DNA of 14,492 bases from Octopus sinensis. Lineage: Eukaryota. This document shows positions 9,264 through 14,492 of this stretch, piece after piece. The translations under genes and the position numbers were made by a program. The stretch lies in NCBI RefSeq assembly GCF_006345805.1, contig NW_021825774.1, positions 1-14,492 on the forward strand. Direction: 5' to 3'. Position 1 is the first letter of the stretch. Each line of letters starts with the position of its first letter. The notes below the pieces were generated by a model. The model saw only the letters and a list, made by a program, of their open reading frames with translations. It had not been told where the DNA came from and searched no databases.

Positions 9264-9451
9264 TAGTCAATAATAGTACTAAAATAAAATACGTGGGCTT
9301 ATTAGTAGCCTGACGTTCCTAAATTACATTGTACATATATGAGTGTATGCATGCATGCATGTATGTATGTATAAGTGTGCGTGTGTGTGTGCGCGTGTAG
9401 GGGTGGGTGCGCGAGCGTGTATTCTGTGTATATATAACTTTATACTGCATC

Positions 9452-9730
9452 CGGTAATGGGGCTCTGGTATGGAATTTCCAAGGTTTTGAGGAGTGTGGA
9501 ACTACATCCTAGCCACTATTGTTCTTAGTTCTATTCTGACTCGGAGTGGTAGCACCTGTCGGGCCTCAGCTATAGGTTAAGTGGCAAATGCGGTGACAAT
9601 TCGTCTGAACGTAGGGGTCCGGAAATACCCTTGGCTGGTGTCAAGGTGGGCAGTGAAACTATCGGGAGTGAGGGACCCCTAGCTGTTGTCACAGCATCCT
9701 CCTAGAAGGGCGACGCTCTAATGTAAAACC
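9452..9730 (+). other. GC-richer island, probably old interspersed repeat(s), possibly including an RTE 5' UTR fragment
   Basis: Markedly higher GC than the flanks. The motifs CTGACTCGGAGTGGTAGCACCTG and GAGGGACCCCTAGCTGTTGTCACAGCATCC resemble cephalopod repeats from memory only. Confidence 0.3.
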
Positions 9731-10209
9731 TGCGATTTCATTTGTTTCGCCCCATCACTTAGTACTAAACACAACGACTCAGAGATTCGTACTCACGTTG
9801 TACAAGCGTTTATCATTATAATTCACTGATGCACAGTTGCCTCTTCGTGGTGACCTTATTCATAATTTCATCTTTTGAAAGTCCTATGGCGATGAAAAAG
9901 TGGCGATGTGTGTAGACCTAACCAGTTGGAAGCGCTAGGTTACAAGTTTCGCCAGTCACTTATGTTTCAAGCCATGCAGATTTGTAGTGATTGAATAGTC
10001 ATCTTTGAGGTCATGGACAGAAAATCAGAAATTCCATTGATCTGAGATTATGCAAATGAAATACGCCCAAGATATCATGCAGTCGTAGGATCTTGAGCAA
10101 ATTTCGAGTGGCGTCGTGTTGACCATTTGGTTATACTGTAACCCACTTCCAATACAGATGGATATATGTATTTGTGAAAATGTTGATGTATATATGGCTA
10201 TAAAAAACA

Positions 10210-10212
<3 letters not shown>

Positions 10213-10294
<82 letters not shown>

Positions 10295-10394
10295 ATGTAT
10301 TAAGAATACATGTATTTTTATATATGTATTCATATTTGTACACACATACACACACACGTACACACATAGACACACATGTGTGTGCATATATATA
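10213..10394. repeat. (AT)n plus degenerate (CA) tract
   Basis: Directly visible. Confidence 0.9.
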
Positions 10395-10658
10395 TGAGAA
10401 AACTTTACTGATGATCGTTCCTGGTGGTGACAAGTACTAGACTAGGGTTTAAACAGTCGAAAGGAAAGGTCGAAGAAAAGTAAAATCGCAGTACCACGAC
10501 AAGAATGGCGGACAGCGCCTTCAAATGTAGCCACTGCAACCGCGACTGTCACTTATATGTAAGGTGTGTTTAATCACAGCAGACATTACACTGCCAACAA
10601 GGCCGAAGCTACACTTTCCAAGCGCAAATCCATGGTCTCACAAGATTAGCGAATGTCT
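10395..10658 (+). mobile_element. RTE-clade LINE 3' fragment (decayed ORF C-terminus and 3' UTR)
   Basis: TDDRSWW*QVLD*GL from 10407, FKCSHCNRDCH (10520-10552), then after a frameshift GVFNHSRH, matching the RTE C-terminal DRS.WR...CxxCxRxCxSRxGLxSHxR motif. The 3' end TCCATGGTCTC resembles RTE termini. Confidence 0.7.
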
Positions 10659-11099
10659 CCTGAGTAACAAGTATTTCAAAAGCGAATAATTTTGGAAAGA
10701 ATGGCTTTTGTAAAATATGAACGGCAGCTACAAAATTGTAAGGGTCACTCGACTTTTTCACCTGGAAGAACATCAGACGGAGATTTCAAGGTTAAACAGT
10801 AGTTGTGTTACTTTCAGTAAATCACACCGCGTTTCACAAGTCTTACATTCTTTTTACGCGGGACAAATGTTCTTTTATCAATTCTAACAGTGACGTTGAT
10901 CCCCAACGATTTGAATAGCAATTTGAATAAATAAGTTTTGCGCATAGACTGTAACCTATAATGTCATTTTCCGTTCAAATGTTAGCACTTTCATGCTCGC
11001 CATCTCAGCATCCAATAATGTATGAGATTGGTAGTTTGGAAAAATGTATTTATTTGCAATGAAAATTTCCATCTGTAACTATAAATTCTTTTAGTACGA

Positions 11100-11116
11100 A
11101 CACACACGCACACACA

Positions 11117-11160
<44 letters not shown>

Positions 11161-11162
11161 TG

Positions 11163-11193
<31 letters not shown>

Positions 11194-11198
11194 GCATG

Positions 11199-11237
<39 letters not shown>

Positions 11238-11282
11238 CCACCACCGCCACCACATACACTATATATATATATATATATATAT
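11100..11282. repeat. (CA)n array with internal 36-bp higher-order duplication, then (AT)n
   Basis: CACGCATGCACGCACACAC occurs at 11155-11173 and 11191-11209. Confidence 0.9.
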
Positions 11283-11778
11283 GTCAGCCGGTTTTGGAGA
11301 GATATTGTCTCTTCAAAACCAAGACACATTCGAGTGGAATGAAGACCAATTAGGAAAATTAATGAATTTCATGAATTTACTGTTTATCGTTCTGAATGTT
11401 TTTATTACTCTTCTGTATACCTGAGTAGCTAATGGCCATGCTCTGCCCGCATTAATAATCAACGTAATTTGACTGAATCCGATTTTTATGCTGAGGACGT
11501 CAACGGTTTCTAGTAACTAACCGCAAATGAACAATTCAGCATAAATTTTAGATTGTAAGAAAACATTTGTTATTCAAGAAATTGTATTTCCTAACATAGA
11601 AAAGAATCTTTTTCTAATAATTAAATTATGGAGTAAAGTTTTTGCTCTTTTTGACCTGGGGTAGCTTCAAAATACCTGTATTTTCATTGGGCCGGACAGT
11701 ATATAATCGGTGGCAACTGTCTTCTCAAAATCTTTATTGTGCTTTTTCTTAGAAGAAGCAATTATCATATCAAATCCA

Positions 11779-12115
11779 GCGCGCACGCGCGCGCGCACAC
11801 ACACGCACACTAGCACTCACACAGTACATCAATGTATATATTTATATATATATATAAATATATATGTTTGCATGTATGTATGTCTATATATATATATGTA
11901 CATATATAGGGTATGTGTATGTATGTATGTATGCATACTCTTACACATTTCTGGATGTATGTGTCTGTATATGTGTTTACCTGTGGGTATTCTTGTGTGC
12001 ATATGTGAATATGTACAATATATGACATTATATACTCACGTATATTTATGTGCATACATACATACATATATGCATACACACACACATACACACACACACA
12101 CACACACATATATAT
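11779..12115. repeat. (GC)/(CA) alternating tract followed by degenerate AT/GT low complexity
   Basis: Directly visible; (GC)5 at 11787-11796. Confidence 0.85.
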
Positions 12116-12338
12116 GCGAGCTGGCAGAGACGTTAGCGCGCCGGGTATTAAATGCTTAGCGGTATTTCGTCTGCCGTTACGTTCTGAGTTCAAATTCCGC
12201 CGAGGTCGACTTTGCCTTTCATCCTTTCGATAAATAAAGTACCAGTTACGCACTGGGTTCGATGTAATCGATTTAATCCTTTTGTCTGTCTTTGTTTGTT
12301 CCCTCTATGTTTAGCTCCTTGTGGGCAATAAATAAATA
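12116..12338 (+). mobile_element. SINE family A, near-full copy
   Basis: A-box-like CTGGCAGAGACGTTAG, B-box-like GAGTTCAAATTCC (12186-12198) and core GGTCGACTTTGCCTTTCATCCTTTCG, closely matching 14350-14492. A-rich end AATAAATAAATA. Confidence 0.85.
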
Positions 12339-12806
12339 TATATATATATATATGTATATATATGTACGTATGCTTACATACATGTATATTTTTGTGTGTA
12401 CCTACCTAAAAATTTAGAAGGGCAGATAATCTCAAGAATGAGAAATAACTTCGAAATTATCGTGCCATGAAGGAAATGACTCTTTTGGTCTTTTTATTTT
12501 TTTTCTTGAGAGGAGGGAACAATTTGGGGAGATATATTTCTACCTCAATAGTTGTCATTAATACCGTGACTGTAACAGTTTTAAAGCATATACAAAACGC
12601 CTTGTGGACATATATCGTCCAAGGTTAATTCTCACAATTAAAACAGATATAACCTTGTTGCCCGTAGCATGAATATGGACAACATAAAGTAAAGATATAA
12701 CAGAAACCAGACAATGCAAATTCTTGATTTGCAGAAACTGTCTTCGCTTCGAGAAAAGGTAAACAATTCACAAATTACACACACTCACGCAAACACAGTC
12801 ATATAT

Positions 12807-12842
<36 letters not shown>

Positions 12843-13273
12843 CATTTTATCATAAAAACCACAATCCTTGTCAAATACAGTGCCCAAGACCGAGAGACCC
12901 TGGGTAGCTGTATTAACAAGAATTGTGTCTTTTGTTATAACATCATCTGTATTCTCTTAGCTTATCGAGTGCTATTCTACTTGTTCAAACCATACCACAT
13001 ACACACACACACACACAAACACACACATGTCCGCACGTGTGTCTGGAATGGTGGGATTCGAAACAAATAAAAATGAAGGCGTGCAGTTTGTAGTATTTAC
13101 AGATGTGTGTTTGAGTCCTACGTGTACCCTTCGACTTTTCTATCCAATGGGTTTTATTTTTAACTCATTTTTTACATACTATCATTTATAGCTTTATTTG
13201 CTTCGAGTTTCACCTTTCCAAAATTACATTCCACATTCTCTCTAGGGATTTCTAAATTCTTATGACGTCAATA

Positions 13274-13463
<190 letters not shown>

Positions 13464-13477
13464 AGGGTGGTGTAGAT

Positions 13478-13730
13478 GTCCGTTGATCGATGAAGAGGGT
13501 TTATTTGTTAGACCAACTGAATTTTCTGCTCCCGAATTAACGTGTGACTGAGCTTCCAAGCAGACACTTGTAGCCATAACATAATTCTCAGACAAATTTA
13601 ACGCCGAGATTATACAGGTACAATCCACCCGACGACCATAATAAAGGATATTTGCCCAAGGTGACACACTGTATGATCGAACACGAGACCTCGTGCTTTC
13701 GAAGACAAATTCTTAACCATTCAGTCATAC
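13478..13730 (-). mobile_element. Old SINE with family-B-like head and family-C-like tail
   Basis: Minus-strand head GTATGACTGAATGGTTAAGAATTTG...GTTCGATC...GTGTCACCTTGGGCAAAT resembles the B heads. 13478-13623 aligns with 8946-9123; ATACAGGTACAA is identical at 13612-13623 and 9112-9123. Confidence 0.6.
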
Positions 13731-13899
13731 TACACCTATGCACACATCTATTACATACATGCATACACGCATTTATGCTTTCTATTGTTATTCATATACA
13801 CACAACAGATTAGACAGTTGGGAAAAGAAAATTCCTAGCAACACGTAACCTTAGATACCAAGAACCCGTCTAAATATCCTAGCTGTCCCTAATAACACT

Positions 13900-14175
13900 T
13901 ATCATTATTATCATTATTATCGTTATTATTATTGAATGAGAGAGCAGTGCATGCCATCAACGTGACACTGGGGTAAAATATACGAAGCCCATTATACACA
14001 TCATGGTTACCCATCTAATAAGGGTACACCAGGCACATTTATCACAGCCATATGTGCGCAACATTATGCGATTTCATATCAAGAAAAACAACGCATGACC
14101 TTGCAGGTGGGACCCAGTTAGAATTTTCTTGAGGTCGAGTAATCCATCCCATTCAAAAGGTCTCTGAATAAGTGT
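13900..14175 (-). mobile_element. Probable non-LTR retroposon 3' end with (AAT)n tail
   Basis: A GC-richer block at 13934-14175 ends on the minus strand in CTCTCTCATTCAATAATAAT..., with a degenerate (AAT)n tail at 13900-13933. Resemblance to a common octopus repeat is from memory. Confidence 0.4.
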
Positions 14176-14190
14176 TGTCTAAAGGTGTTA

Positions 14191-14193
<3 letters not shown>

Positions 14194-14243
<50 letters not shown>

Positions 14244-14253
14244 GTTGTTGTTG

Positions 14254-14289
<36 letters not shown>

Positions 14290-14291
14290 TA

Positions 14292-14346
<55 letters not shown>
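14194..14346. repeat. (ATT)n(GTT)5(ATT)n trinucleotide array
   Basis: Directly visible; GTT run at 14244-14258. Source of the poly-I/V/Y ORF. Confidence 0.95.
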
Positions 14347-14349
14347 TAA

Positions 14350-14492
14350 GGCGGCGAGCTGGCAGACTCGTAAGCTCACCGGAAAAAAGTGCTTAGCGGC
14401 ATTTCGACTGTCTTTACCTTCTCAGTTCAAATTCCGCCGAGTCGACTTTGCCTTTTATCCTTTCGGGGTCGATGAAATAAGTACCAGTCGAG
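14350..14492 (+). mobile_element. SINE family A, 5' part, cut off by the window edge
   Basis: GGCGGCGAGCTGGCAG, AGTTCAAATTCCGCCGAG, GTCGACTTTGCCTTT.ATCCTTTCGGGGTCGATGAAATAAGTACCAG; matches 12116-12250. Confidence 0.85.

Noticed and set aside
12735-12758. Possible 24-nt in-frame microexon (TTCTTGATTTGCAG / KLSSLREK / GTAAAC)
   Set aside because: The donor is weak at +5, there are no neighbouring exons, and such matches are expected by chance in 14 kb. Only junction-spanning RNA-seq reads would support it.

Overview
AT-rich, non-coding eukaryotic DNA dominated by microsatellites and old mobile elements. The repeat style resembles octopus (coleoid cephalopod) genomes; that assignment is inference from recalled repeat families, not a search. 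No host gene is supported, and most of the supplied ORFs are translations of microsatellites. Supported content: (1) a full-length 1290-bp mariner transposon (3162-4451) with 37-bp TIRs, TA target duplication and a transposase broken by three 1-bp frameshifts; (2) two decayed Penelope-like element (PLE) ORF relics absent from the ORF track, pointing away from each other (5790-6600 minus, 7140-7350 plus); (3) two degenerate hammerhead-ribozyme-like motifs next to or inside (TA)n arrays, one beside a perfect 31-bp inverted repeat; (4) the 3' end of an RTE-clade LINE; (5) about ten copies or fragments of tRNA-derived SINEs in three families (my labels A, B, C) that share modules, including one copy with a perfect 12-bp TSD and one B-head/C-tail chimera. 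I found no convincing new multi-gene system. The best leads are the hammerhead/PLE relics, the hairpin and the SINE module shuffling. All alignments were done by eye.
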